NCBI GenBank assembly: GCA_012511485.1
Contig: JAAZFZ010000111.1
Location: 1-33,503, forward strand
Source of the DNA: Clostridiales bacterium
GTDB lineage: Bacteria; Bacillota; Clostridia; Oscillospirales; Acutalibacteraceae
Reading direction: 5' to 3'
DNA length: 33,503 nt
Every line of letters begins with the position of its first letter. Position 1 is the first letter of the stretch. Position numbers and translations under genes: made by a program. This document shows positions 16,824 to 25,032 of this stretch, one piece after another. Under the pieces are notes generated by a model. That model had not been told where the DNA came from, made no database searches, and saw only the letters and a program-made list of their open reading frames with translations.

Positions 16824-17783
16824 TCAGATTTCGGTCTCCAGTATATTCAGCCTGCCGCTGATAATAATTTCCCCGCTCTCTGCGGGAATAAAAATGCTTT
16901 CTCCCTTATTAAGGCGAAGCTTTGTACCCGCACACCGAACTTCTCCGCTGCCCTCGAGAGCAAGAAGGGATACAAAGCTCTTTTCACCCGCAAAAGACCT
17001 GAATTCACCGTCAACCTCATATGTGCAAACGGTAAAAAGCTCACAGGAGGTCAACATTTTCTTGTTTTTTTTGTAAAGCTCATGGGCTTTACAGCTATCT
17101 TCATTCCGTGGTTTATACGGGATGGTATTTGTGACTGCAACGGATTTTTCTATGTGCAGAGCCCGTGGTTTGCCGTCCGCTCCGACTCTGTTATAATCAT
17201 AAACTCTATATGTCGTATTTGAATTCTGCTGAACTTCGACAAGTAAAATACCTTTACATATTGCATGAAGTGTACCTGCCTCAATAAAGAAAAAATCACC
17301 CTTTTTGACCTTGATTTTCCGAACAAAATCGAGCAGGGTGTCATCTTCAATTGCTTTTTTAAACTGCTCAGATGTGATGTTCTCTTTGAAGCCCACAATA
17401 AGCTCGGCGCCCTCGTCACAATCGAGAATATACCAACATTCCGTTTTGCCCGCTTGCTGCTCAACCCTGCGTGCATATTCCTCCTGCGGGTGCACCTGAA
17501 TGGAAAGATTATCCCTAGCGTCAATAAGCTTTATGAGAATCGGGAATTCGGAGAACCTTGCGGCGTTTGTTCCGCATATGCTCTTATCCCTTGCAAAAAT
17601 CTCGCCGAGAGGAGTACCGGCAAGCTCACCGTTTTCTACAACGCTCTGCCCGCTCGGGTGGCATGAAAGAACCCATGCCTCGGCGGCATTGCATTTGTCA
17701 GTTTTTATCGAATACTCGTCGATAAGCCTCCTGCCGCCCCAGATTGTGCTTGAAACTGCCGGTTTTAGCTTTAAAGGGTACAT
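16824..17783 (-). CDS. manA: Mannose-6-phosphate isomerase, class I
   Basis: 319 aa. MYPLKLKP...STIWGG, QVHP, and cupin core as in Firmicute ManA/Pmi. TGA stop lies within the RBS of the ABC-F gene. Confidence 0.85.
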   Translation of the reverse strand: MYPLKLKPAVSSTIWGGRRLIDEYSIKTDKCNAAEAWVLSCHPSGQSVVENGELAGTPLGEIFARDKSICGTNAARFSEFPILIKLIDARDNLSIQVHPQEEYARRVEQQAGKTECWYILDCDEGAELIVGFKENITSEQFKKAIEDDTLLDFVRKIKVKKGDFFFIEAGTLHAICKGILLVEVQQNSNTTYRVYDYNRVGADGKPRALHIEKSVAVTNTIPYKPRNEDSCKAHELYKKNKKMLTSCELFTVCTYEVDGEFRSFAGEKSFVSLLALEGSGEVRCAGTKLRLNKGESIFIPAESGEIIISGRLNILETEI

Positions 17784-17869
17784 AAAAAATGCTCCTCCGT
17801 AAAATATATCTGAATTATTTTATCATATTTGTCCAATAATTGCTATAAGTATTTATAGGGAGGACTATT

Positions 17870-18154
17870 ATGGATACTGTTAAAATATTCTCACTTGACA
17901 GGAATAGAAAAGCCGAAGGTAAAAGCGACAGAGGCAATGAAATAATTGAAGATATCAGAAATATATGCAAAATGCTGGACAGCGCATATGAGCGATTCCA
18001 GTATGAGCAGGATGAAGACCTTGTTGATGCAACAATTTATGAAATGGAAGCCCTGAAGGCAAGGTATCGCTATCTGATAAGAAAGGCGAAGGCAAGCAAC
18101 ATAGCAAACCTTGAACTGACCGCCTTCTGGGACGCAAACGGAAGGGTTGATTAG
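17870..18154 (+). CDS. yaaL: YaaL-family protein (DUF2508)
   Basis: 94 aa. AYERFQYEQDEDLVDATIYEMEALKARYRYLIRKAK pattern. Immediately precedes bofA as in Bacillus. GGGAGG RBS. Confidence 0.7.
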   Translation: MDTVKIFSLDRNRKAEGKSDRGNEIIEDIRNICKMLDSAYERFQYEQDEDLVDATIYEMEALKARYRYLIRKAKASNIANLELTAFWDANGRVD

Positions 18155-18418
18155 ATGGGACTCGGATTAAAAATCTTTGTCGGCACCGTATTCATCCTGG
18201 CTGCCATAGTAATCATTGGGGCTTTGTTAAAATCAAAGCATGGACTCAGGGGCTTTATTCTGACAGCACTCCAGGGAATAATTGCTATTTTCGCCGTTAA
18301 CACTGCCGGGCTTATCACAGGTGTTACCATAGCGGTGAACTGGTACACAATAGGGTTCGGTATGATTTTCGGAACACCGGCAGTCGTTGCATTGCTGATT
18401 ATGGGCACAATATTCTAG
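18155..18418 (+). CDS. bofA: Pro-sigma-K processing inhibitor BofA
   Basis: 87 aa. Two hydrophobic helices, C-terminal GFGMIFGTPAVVALLIMG. Start abuts the yaaL stop (TAGATG). Confidence 0.8.
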   Translation: MGLGLKIFVGTVFILAAIVIIGALLKSKHGLRGFILTALQGIIAIFAVNTAGLITGVTIAVNWYTIGFGMIFGTPAVVALLIMGTIF

Positions 18419-18432
18419 AATTTATTACGACA

Positions 18433-18466
18433 TACCCCGCCAAAAAGGTCTGCTTTCGGCGGGGTA
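18433..18466 (+). terminator. Hairpin after bofA
   Basis: TACCCCGCC ... GGCGGGGTA 9-bp stem. The T-run comes only after a short A-rich gap, so the terminator call is tentative. Confidence 0.5.
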
Positions 18467-18496
18467 AAAACGTAATATTTTTTTTCAGTTTTGGAC

Positions 18497-18525
18497 TTGC
18501 TTTTTTTAAATCTATCGTATATAAT
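18497..18525 (+). promoter_or_regulatory. Candidate sigma-A promoter for tRNA-Val
   Basis: TTGCTT (18497-18502), 17-nt spacer, TATAAT (18520-18525), ~20 nt upstream of the tRNA 5' end. Confidence 0.5.
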
Positions 18526-18545
18526 AATTTCTGCACTCGCGACAT

Positions 18546-18621
18546 GGACGTTTAGCTCAGCTGGTAGAGCATTCGCTTGACGTGCGAAGGGTCAGCGGTT
18601 CAAGTCCGTTAACGTCCACCA
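18546..18621 (+). tRNA. tRNA-Val (anticodon GAC), CCA encoded
   Basis: Acceptor GGACGTT/AACGTCC, D arm GCTC-AGCTGGTA-GAGC, anticodon arm TTCGC-TTGACGT-GCGAA, T arm AGCGG-TTCAAGT-CCGTT, discriminator A plus CCA. Confidence 0.92.
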
Positions 18622-18628
18622 AAAACAG

Positions 18629-18667
18629 CAGCTCCGAATTCAGCTATTCGGGGCTGTTTGAGTTTTT
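18629..18667 (+). terminator. Rho-independent terminator after tRNA-Val
   Basis: CAGCTCCGAA / TTCGGGGCTG 10-bp stem (one G-U pair), 8-nt loop, then TTTGAGTTTTT. Confidence 0.75.
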
Positions 18668-18721
18668 AAACGGCTGCCTTTTGCATAACGCATAAGGCAG
18701 CCTTATAATTATCTTTTTCTT

Positions 18722-20158
18722 TTAATATGCCTTACCCCAGTAAAGCATGAGCTTTGCGCTTTTGCCGCAGCAGACACATTCATCGCTGATTTGCTCTTGT
18801 TCAAACGGGATGCAGCGTGAGGACACACCGGCGATATCCTTGAGTTTTTCTTCACATTCCTGCTCGCCGCACCACATTGCCTTAATAAAGCCCGGGCGGT
18901 TATCGGCAATGTCTTTCAACTCCTCAAGGTTCGTTGCGCTGTAGGTCATTTCCTCGCGACGCCTGAGAGCCTTTTCAAACAGCCCGTCCCTGACTGCTTT
19001 GAGAAGCTCGGTTACCTTTGCTTCAAGCTCGTCAAGCGAGACAACCGTTTTCTCCATATTATCCCTACGGACAAGCACGCACTGGTTGTTCACAATATCC
19101 CTGGGCCCTATTTCAAGGCGAAGGGGAACACCCTTCATCTCATACTCCGAGAACTTCCAGCCTGCCGAATTATCCGAATCGTCAAGCTTGACTCTGAAGC
19201 CTGCTGCCAGCCTTTGCTTTAGCTGCCTTGCCTTGTCGAGCACCCCCTCCTTATGCATTGCAATGGGAAGGATAACAACCTCAATGGGAGCTACTGCGGG
19301 GGGAAGTACAAGGCCGTTATCGTCGCCGTGTGTCATAATAATAGCTCCGATAATGCGGCTTGACAAGCCCCAGGATGTCTGGTGCGGATACTGCAGGGTA
19401 TTATCCCTGCCGGTGAACTGAATATTGAAAGCTTTGCTGAATCCGTCACCGAAATAGTGCGAGGTTGCGCTCTGCAGCGCCTTGCCGTCATGCATAAGAG
19501 CTTCAATGGTGTAGGTCGAAATTGCACCCGCAAATTTTTCCTTCTCGGTTTTTTTGCCCTTTACAACAGGTATTGCGAGGCACTGTTCTGCAAAATCGGC
19601 ATAGATATTTAACATTCTTTCGGTCTCTTCGATTGCATCTTTTGCGGTTTCATGCATCGTATGACCTTCCTGCCAGAAGAACTCCATAGTGCGCAGGAAG
19701 GGTCTGGTGGTCTTTTCCCATCGGACGACGGAGCACCATTGGTTATATAGTTTAGGCAAATCCCTGTATGAATGGATGATTTCACTGTAATGGTCACAGA
19801 AAAGTGTTTCGGAGGTCGGGCGCACGCAAAGCCTCTCCTGAAGTTTTTCGTCGCCGCCGTGAGTCACCCAAGCAACCTCGGGAGCGAAGCCCTCAACATG
19901 GTCCTTCTCCTTTTGCAGGAGGCTTTCGGGGATGAAAAGTGGCATCATAACATTCTCATGACCTGTTGCCTTGAAGCGGGCGTTGAGCTCGTTTCTGATA
20001 TTCTCCCACAAAGCCGTGCCGTACGGGCGCACAACCATGCAGCCTCTGACACCCGAATAGGATGCAAGTTCAGCCTTTTTCACGACATCTGTATACCACT
20101 TTGCAAAATCCTCTTTCATAGAGGTGATTTCTTTAACCAATTTTTCTTGCTGCGCCAA
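18722..20158 (-). CDS. proS: Proline--tRNA ligase (archaeal/eukaryote-like short type)
   Basis: 478 aa. [30 protein letters not shown], class II motifs, C-terminal Zn-like CxxC...CVCCG. The track start is a TTG. An in-frame ATG at 20119 is an alternative start. Confidence 0.9.
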   Translation of the reverse strand: MAQQEKLVKEITSMKEDFAKWYTDVVKKAELASYSGVRGCMVVRPYGTALWENIRNELNARFKATGHENVMMPLFIPESLLQKEKDHVEGFAPEVAWVTHGGDEKLQERLCVRPTSETLFCDHYSEIIHSYRDLPKLYNQWCSVVRWEKTTRPFLRTMEFFWQEGHTMHETAKDAIEETERMLNIYADFAEQCLAIPVVKGKKTEKEKFAGAISTYTIEALMHDGKALQSATSHYFGDGFSKAFNIQFTGRDNTLQYPHQTSWGLSSRIIGAIIMTHGDDNGLVLPPAVAPIEVVILPIAMHKEGVLDKARQLKQRLAAGFRVKLDDSDNSAGWKFSEYEMKGVPLRLEIGPRDIVNNQCVLVRRDNMEKTVVSLDELEAKVTELLKAVRDGLFEKALRRREEMTYSATNLEELKDIADNRPGFIKAMWCGEQECEEKLKDIAGVSSRCIPFEQEQISDECVCCGKSAKLMLYWGKAY

Positions 20159-20190
20159 AATAAAGACCGCCTTTCAAGTCCTTTTGCTGA

Positions 20191-20415
20191 TTAATTCTCA
20201 TCAATATATTTGACAATGTCACGAACCGATTTGATTTCCGCCAACGCCTCGTCAGGCACTTCGATTTCAAATTCATCTTCAAGGCTCATTGCAAGGTCAA
20301 TAAGATCCATACTGTCAGCATCCAGCTCTTCAATAGTTGTGTCCAAGGTTATCATGTTTTTCTCAACAATATCAAACTGATTGCAGATGATTTTTTGAAC
20401 CCTTTCAAAAACCAT
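20191..20415 (-). CDS. Acyl carrier protein-like (phosphopantetheine site DSMD)
   Basis: 74 aa from ATG 20415 (GAGGAG 8 nt upstream). The track ORF starts 18 nt earlier at a TTG. LDADSMDLIDLAMSLEDEFEIEVPDE is a typical ACP helix II region. Confidence 0.8.
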   Translation of the reverse strand: MVFERVQKIICNQFDIVEKNMITLDTTIEELDADSMDLIDLAMSLEDEFEIEVPDEALAEIKSVRDIVKYIDEN

Positions 20416-20564
20416 AGAGTTGACTCCTCTCAAAAATATTTTAGGTAAAGAAAAAGGTTTTCGATTCCTATGATATGAATATTATTAACTATTTGTCACT
20501 TTGTCAAGCTAAAAATATTTTTTTTAAAAATTGAAACCATAAACTCTTTTTTTAAAGTCTTTCG

Positions 20565-20593
20565 TTGCCTGAATTTTGTTCATGTGCTATAAT
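20565..20593 (+). promoter_or_regulatory. Sigma-A promoter of the radical-SAM operon
   Basis: TTGCCT, 17-nt spacer, TGC-TATAAT (extended -10), ~35 nt upstream of the ATG at 20627. Confidence 0.6.
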
Positions 20594-20626
20594 ATTTACT
20601 TAAATATATTATTTTCGGAGGATAAT

Positions 20627-22075
20627 ATGCTGCCCTCAAATGTTGAAAAAATTCTGCGTCTGGTTGAGAAGCCCGGCCGCTATACCGGCGGTGAGCTGAA
20701 TTCGGTGATAAAAGATAAAAAAACAGTCGATATAAGATATGCGTTTTGCTTTCCCGACACTTATGAAATAGGTATGTCACATCTCGGGATGAAAATACTC
20801 TACAGCCTTGCAAATGCCAGAAATGATACCTGGTGTGAGCGTGTTTTCGCGCCGTGGAAGGATATGGAGGAGCAGATGAAATGTAAAGGTATACTCCTTT
20901 ACGGGCTTGAAAGCGGTGACAGTATCAAGGATTTTGATATTATCGGCTTTACTCTCCAGTATGAGATGTGTTACACGAATGTGTTGAATATGCTTGACCT
21001 TTCCGGCCTGCCTGTCAGGAGTGAAAATAGAAAAGCTCTCACTCCGCTTGTTATTGCGGGCGGTCCATGTGTCTGCAATGCCGCGCCGCTAGCGCCCTTT
21101 ATTGATATATTCCTGCCCGGTGAGGGTGAAGAGGTCACAAATGAGCTTATTGACTTGTTAAAGGAGCATAAGAAAAAGTGCTCCACAAAGGAGGAGTTTC
21201 TGATTGCTGCGGCTCAGGTTAAAGGAATATATGTTCCAAGCCTGTATGATGTTTCCTATAATGAGGATTTTACGATTAAAAAAATTGTCCCCTTGAAGGG
21301 CGCTCCCGAAAGGGTTGAAAAGCGAATAGTGTCTGACCTTGATAACTGTTTTTATCCCGAGAATTTTGTTGTGCCCTTTCTGGAGGTTGTGCACGACAGA
21401 GTAACGGCGGAAATATTCAGGGGCTGCATAAGGGGCTGCCGGTTTTGTCAGGCAGGCTTTATATACAGGCCGATACGGGAAAAAAGCGCAAAGATTATAA
21501 ATAAACAGTGCAAAGCACTCTGCGATTCAACGGGCTATGATGAAATCTCACTTTGCTCACTGAGCACCAGCGACTACACTCAGCTCAAGCCCCTTCTGGG
21601 CGATATGCTTGAATGGACTGACAGCGAGAAAATAAACATTTCACTGCCAAGCCTTAGGATTGACAATTTCCCTCGGGGGCTTATGGAAAAGCTGACGGGT
21701 GTGCGCCGCAGCGGCCTTACCTTTGCGCCCGAGGCGGGAACTCAGAGGTTGAGAGATGCCATTAACAAAAACATTACCGAGCAGGAGGTGCTGAGCACTG
21801 CCCGAAAGGCATTCTCCGGCGGGTGGATATCGGTGAAGCTCTATTTCATGCTCGGACTGCCTACCGAAACAATGGAGGATGTTGAGGGTATTGCCGACCT
21901 TGCGCAGAAGGTAGTTGACGAATTTTATAAAAACCCCGATAAACCCAAAGGGAAGACCGTTTCCGTTTCGGTGAGTGTGTCGTCCTTTGTACCCAAGCCC
22001 TTCACTCCCTTCCAGTGTGAGCCTCAGGACAGCACGGAGCTTCTCCTCAAAAAGCAGAAGCATCTCAGGGACTGA
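20627..22075 (+). CDS. B12-binding-domain radical SAM protein (TIGR03960-like), terminated by TGA at 22073-22075
   Basis: ATG 20627 with GGAGG 6 nt upstream (the track ORF starts at an upstream TTG). MLPSNVEKILRLVEKPGRYTGGE, radical SAM cluster box CIRGCRFCQAG, GLTFAPEAGTQRLR. Confidence 0.85.
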   Translation: MLPSNVEKILRLVEKPGRYTGGELNSVIKDKKTVDIRYAFCFPDTYEIGMSHLGMKILYSLANARNDTWCERVFAPWKDMEEQMKCKGILLYGLESGDSIKDFDIIGFTLQYEMCYTNVLNMLDLSGLPVRSENRKALTPLVIAGGPCVCNAAPLAPFIDIFLPGEGEEVTNELIDLLKEHKKKCSTKEEFLIAAAQVKGIYVPSLYDVSYNEDFTIKKIVPLKGAPERVEKRIVSDLDNCFYPENFVVPFLEVVHDRVTAEIFRGCIRGCRFCQAGFIYRPIREKSAKIINKQCKALCDSTGYDEISLCSLSTSDYTQLKPLLGDMLEWTDSEKINISLPSLRIDNFPRGLMEKLTGVRRSGLTFAPEAGTQRLRDAINKNITEQEVLSTARKAFSGGWISVKLYFMLGLPTETMEDVEGIADLAQKVVDEFYKNPDKPKGKTVSVSVSVSSFVPKPFTPFQCEPQDSTELLLKKQKHLRD

Positions 22076-22483
22076 ATCAAAACCCGAAAAATCAACCTGA
22101 GCTTTCACAAAATCCCGACAATATCCCTTGAAGCTGTTCTGGCAAGGGGTGACAGAAGGCTTGCCGATGTTATTGAATCTGCGTGGCGCAGGGGTTGCAG
22201 ATTTGACGGGTGGGATGAAGAATTCCGTTATGAACTGTGGGAGCAGGCTTTTGAGCAGGCGGGAATCAACCCCGAATTCTATGCAAACCGCCGCCGTGAA
22301 TATGATGAAATCCTCCCGTGGGACCATATGGACTATGGTATCAGCAAAAGCTTTCTGATAAACGAGAGCAAAAAAGCAATCATGAGCGCAACCTCCCCGC
22401 ATTGCAGAGAAAAATGCAATGCCTGCGGAGCGAGCAGGCTCAACGGAGGTGTCTGCCATGCGTGCGGTAAGAATATGGTATAA
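22076..22483 (+). other. In-frame continuation of the radical SAM gene beyond the TGA (135 further sense codons to TAA at 22481-22483)
   Basis: Same frame as 20627 (checked against the track: the TTG at 22128 is +1 relative to this frame). Encodes IKTRKINLSFHKIPTISLEAVLARGDRRLADVIESAWRRGCRFDGWDEEF...EILPWDHMDYGISKSFL...CREKCNACG, which looks like the conserved C-terminal domain of this family. Confidence 0.7.
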
Positions 22484-23132
22484 AAAATACGGTACGGCAA
22501 AATACATTTCGCATCTTGACCTTTACAGATGCCTGAGCAGGGCTGTGAGAAGGGCAGGTATTCCGCTCTGGTACACCGAGGGCTTCAATCCCCGCCCATA
22601 TATTAATATTCTCCTGGCTCTCCCCCTGGGTCAGCAGGCTGATTGCGAGCCTGTGGATTTGAAAATTGAAGGTGAGATAGATGATGACGAAATAGTCGAG
22701 AGGCTCAATTGCGTTTTGCCATACGGGATAAAAATTGTGAGGGCAGGTGCCGCTGTGGAAACGGCAAAAGAGATTGCTTTTGCCCGCTATGATATTTCTC
22801 TGACTCTTAATAGTAAAAGCGATGCGGAGGATTTTGCGGCGGGAACCGTCAGGCTCATTGAAGGCGGCATGCTTTTAGACGAAAAGGCAGGGAAAAAGGG
22901 CGGCAGAAGAATAATAAAACAGATTAATTTGTGTGAGAGTATTGCAAAGCTCAATGTGTCTGCAGATAATAATACCGTGCATATGGAGGCTGTGCTTTCT
23001 GCGGGCAATACGGCGAATTTAAACCCCGATTTACTGACAGGGGCATTGGAAAAGGCTTTAGAAATAAAATGCGAATATACAAACATAGTCAGACGAGCGC
23101 TGTTAAATCTGAATTTTCTGAATTTCGGTTAA
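22458..23132 (+). CDS. Radical-SAM-linked protein (TIGR03936/DUF2344-like)
   Basis: ATG 22458 with GGAGG 8 nt upstream. MRAVRIWYKKYGTAKYISHLDLYRCLSRAVRRAGIPLWYTEGFNPRPY is the family N-terminal signature. The track ORF starts earlier at 22419. Confidence 0.8.
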   Translation: MRAVRIWYKKYGTAKYISHLDLYRCLSRAVRRAGIPLWYTEGFNPRPYINILLALPLGQQADCEPVDLKIEGEIDDDEIVERLNCVLPYGIKIVRAGAAVETAKEIAFARYDISLTLNSKSDAEDFAAGTVRLIEGGMLLDEKAGKKGGRRIIKQINLCESIAKLNVSADNNTVHMEAVLSAGNTANLNPDLLTGALEKALEIKCEYTNIVRRALLNLNFLNFG

Positions 23133-23170
23133 AGTTTTTTAAGAATAATAATAAATTTTTATGAAAAGGC

Positions 23171-23199
23171 TTGAAACAGGGGTTTAATTATGTTAATAT
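23171..23199 (+). promoter_or_regulatory. Sigma-A promoter upstream of rplS
   Basis: TTGAAA, 17-nt spacer, TGT-TAATAT (extended -10). Confidence 0.6.
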
Positions 23200-23205
23200 G
23201 ATTCA

Positions 23206-23328
23206 GCATTTGTTTCCGTCACTTTAAGACGGGGTTTAATGCTTGGGTATTTGCCCAACACATTAAAGCTGATGGTCCTCTTATACTGTAAGTATTATGA
23301 ACATCTGATAAAAATCGGAGGAAATAGA
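23206..23328 (+). promoter_or_regulatory. Structured 5' leader of rplS (candidate L19 autoregulatory leader)
   Basis: ~120-nt leader with nested stems GCATT/AATGC, CCGTC/GACGG and TGGG/CCCA. Firmicute rplS genes are known to carry a ribosomal-protein leader. Confidence 0.4.
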
Positions 23329-23673
23329 ATGGACGCACTCAAATTAATCGCACAGGATTGCATCAAGGCTGAGCAGCCTCAAATCGAAATCGGCAGCACG
23401 GTCAGGGTTCATGTGAAAATCCGTGAAGGCGAAAGAGAAAGAATCCAGATCTTTGAGGGCATTGTTATTGCCCGCAGGGGTTCAGGTGTTTCTGAGACCT
23501 TCACAGTTCGCAGAATATCCTACGGCATTGGCGTTGAAAGGGTCTTTCCCGTCAACTCCCCCAATGTTGCAAAGGTTGAGCTTGTCAGGAACGGCTATGT
23601 CCGCAGAGCAAAGCTTTATTATCTGCGCGGCAGAGTAGGCAAGGCTGCAAAGGTTAAAGAGCGGCTTGGATAA
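23329..23673 (+). CDS. rplS: 50S ribosomal protein L19
   Basis: 114 aa from ATG 23329 (GGAGG upstream). [29 protein letters not shown]...[16 protein letters not shown]. Confidence 0.95.
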   Translation: MDALKLIAQDCIKAEQPQIEIGSTVRVHVKIREGERERIQIFEGIVIARRGSGVSETFTVRRISYGIGVERVFPVNSPNVAKVELVRNGYVRRAKLYYLRGRVGKAAKVKERLG

Positions 23674-23698
23674 TTTTAAAATTTAAAATTGACGGGTG

Positions 23699-23805
23699 CC
23701 CGGCACTCAGCAATGCATCTGAGCAAAGCGGATAATTACCGCTGAAGCTGAGCAATAATCAGTTTAGCTGATGTGCATTGCTGACTGTCGGGCATTTGAT
23801 TTTTG
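23699..23805 (+). terminator. Long imperfect inverted repeat plus T-run between rplS and lepB
   Basis: Arms CCCGGCACTCAGCAATGCA (23699-23717) and TGCATTGCTGACTGTCGGG (23774-23792) match at 17 of 19 positions. They enclose a 56-nt insert with its own GCGG-ataatta-CCGC hairpin, followed by CATTTGATTTTTG. Confidence 0.5.
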
Positions 23806-23821
23806 AGAAAGGGGTATTGAT

Positions 23822-24406
23822 TTGTGTGTTTCAGGCGAATACTGGATTAGGTTTTTGAAAGAAGATGAATTGACTCAACCGCCGGCCTCCGGCTGGATTT
23901 TTCTCTATAATTTTTTCGCATCTTTTAAATTTGCGCTTGCAGTTCTTTTCATTGTCTTTTCTTTCGTCATACGGCCCGTCTGGGTTGACGGAAAATCAAT
24001 GCTTCCAACTCTTCAGAATAATGACTGGGTGATTGTCACCGAATTAAAAGAAAGGCCTAAAAGAGGCGATATAATAGTCAGCTGCCTGCCGAATGTATTT
24101 AACGAGCAGCTTATTAGGCGGGTTATTGCCATTGAGGGCGACACAATTGACATAGATTTTAAAACCGGAATTGTTTTTATTAACGGTGAGCCTTATAATG
24201 AGCCTTATATAAATGAGAGCACATTGACTGCCTTCGATGTTCAATTTCCGCTGACGGTGGATGAGGGATGCGTTTTCGTTATGGGTGATAACAGAAACTT
24301 TTCGCTTGACAGCCGTAGCTCAGACATCGGTCTGATAAAAGAGGAATACATACTCGGCAAGGCAAGAATCAGGTTATTCCCTCCCGGAAATACAAAAATA
24401 TATTAG
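23822..24406 (+). CDS. lepB: Signal peptidase I (LepB/P-type) paralogue with Arg in place of the catalytic Lys
   Basis: TTG start with AGGGG 7 nt upstream. TM, GKSMLPTL (Ser box), GDIIV, LIRRVIAIEGD (box D reads RR rather than KR; AGG codon at 24116-24118), GDNRNFSLDSR. Confidence 0.8.
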   Translation: MCVSGEYWIRFLKEDELTQPPASGWIFLYNFFASFKFALAVLFIVFSFVIRPVWVDGKSMLPTLQNNDWVIVTELKERPKRGDIIVSCLPNVFNEQLIRRVIAIEGDTIDIDFKTGIVFINGEPYNEPYINESTLTAFDVQFPLTVDEGCVFVMGDNRNFSLDSRSSDIGLIKEEYILGKARIRLFPPGNTKIY

Positions 24407-24450
24407 AATAAATTATCAATGCCTTGACGGCATGAATGGGGAGTCTGTCT

Positions 24451-25014
24451 ATGGAAGATAATAAACCAAACGAAAATACTAAGACAAAAAGCAAAATGAT
24501 TTTGCAGAATTTTTATGATATTGCCGAAATAATGACTTCGGCGGTTATTGCCATTATGATAATGTTCACCTTTATATTCAGGTTTGTGGGCGTTATTGGC
24601 AGTTCGATGGACACCACTCTCGCCGAGGGTGACTGGCTATGCGTGAGCGCATATATTGCCGAGCCGGAATACGGAGATATTGTTATAATAACCCATTCAA
24701 ACTTTTTCACCGAGCCGATTGTCAAGAGAGTAATCGCAGTCGGCGGACAGAGTGTGGACATCAAAAACGGCAGCGTCTATGTTGACGGAAAGAAGCTCTC
24801 CGAAAAATATACCCGCGGCATGACAATGCCTATTGACTATTCAATTACATTCCCTCTTGAGGTGCCGGAGGGTAAATACTTCGTTTTGGGTGACAACAGG
24901 GAGAATTCGACCGATAGCCGCTCCTCGCTCTGCGGTTTCATAGACGAGGACGATATTCTCGGCAGAGTTCTTTTCAGGCTCCTGCCTTTCGGCAATTTTA
25001 ATGTTAATATTTGA
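24451..25014 (+). CDS. lepB: Signal peptidase I (LepB/P-type), canonical Ser/Lys boxes
   Basis: ATG 24451 with GGGGAG 8 nt upstream (track start 24436). GSSMDTTL, GDIVII, IVKRVIAVGG, GDNRENSTDSR. Confidence 0.85.
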   Translation: MEDNKPNENTKTKSKMILQNFYDIAEIMTSAVIAIMIMFTFIFRFVGVIGSSMDTTLAEGDWLCVSAYIAEPEYGDIVIITHSNFFTEPIVKRVIAVGGQSVDIKNGSVYVDGKKLSEKYTRGMTMPIDYSITFPLEVPEGKYFVLGDNRENSTDSRSSLCGFIDEDDILGRVLFRLLPFGNFNVNI

Positions 25015-25032
25015 TTATTCTGGAGGTCCGCC

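Noticed and set aside
18151-18408. 85-aa minus-strand ORF opposite bofA
   Set aside because: This is the hydrophobic mirror-frame of the bofA membrane protein. bofA is supported by the yaaL-bofA synteny and start/stop coupling.
22073-22075. Selenocysteine or genome-wide TGA reassignment as the explanation for the in-frame TGA
   Set aside because: TGA is used as a sensible terminator by uxaB (13440), manA (16824) and the second lepB (25012). No stable hairpin lies immediately 3' of the TGA, and the local sequence (LRD-*-IKTRK) is not a Cys/redox context. This stays open as a check, but is not claimed.
21641-22507. 288-aa minus-strand ORF antisense to the radical SAM gene
   Set aside because: No RBS or recognisable motifs. 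It fully overlaps a well-supported plus-strand gene with clear family signatures.
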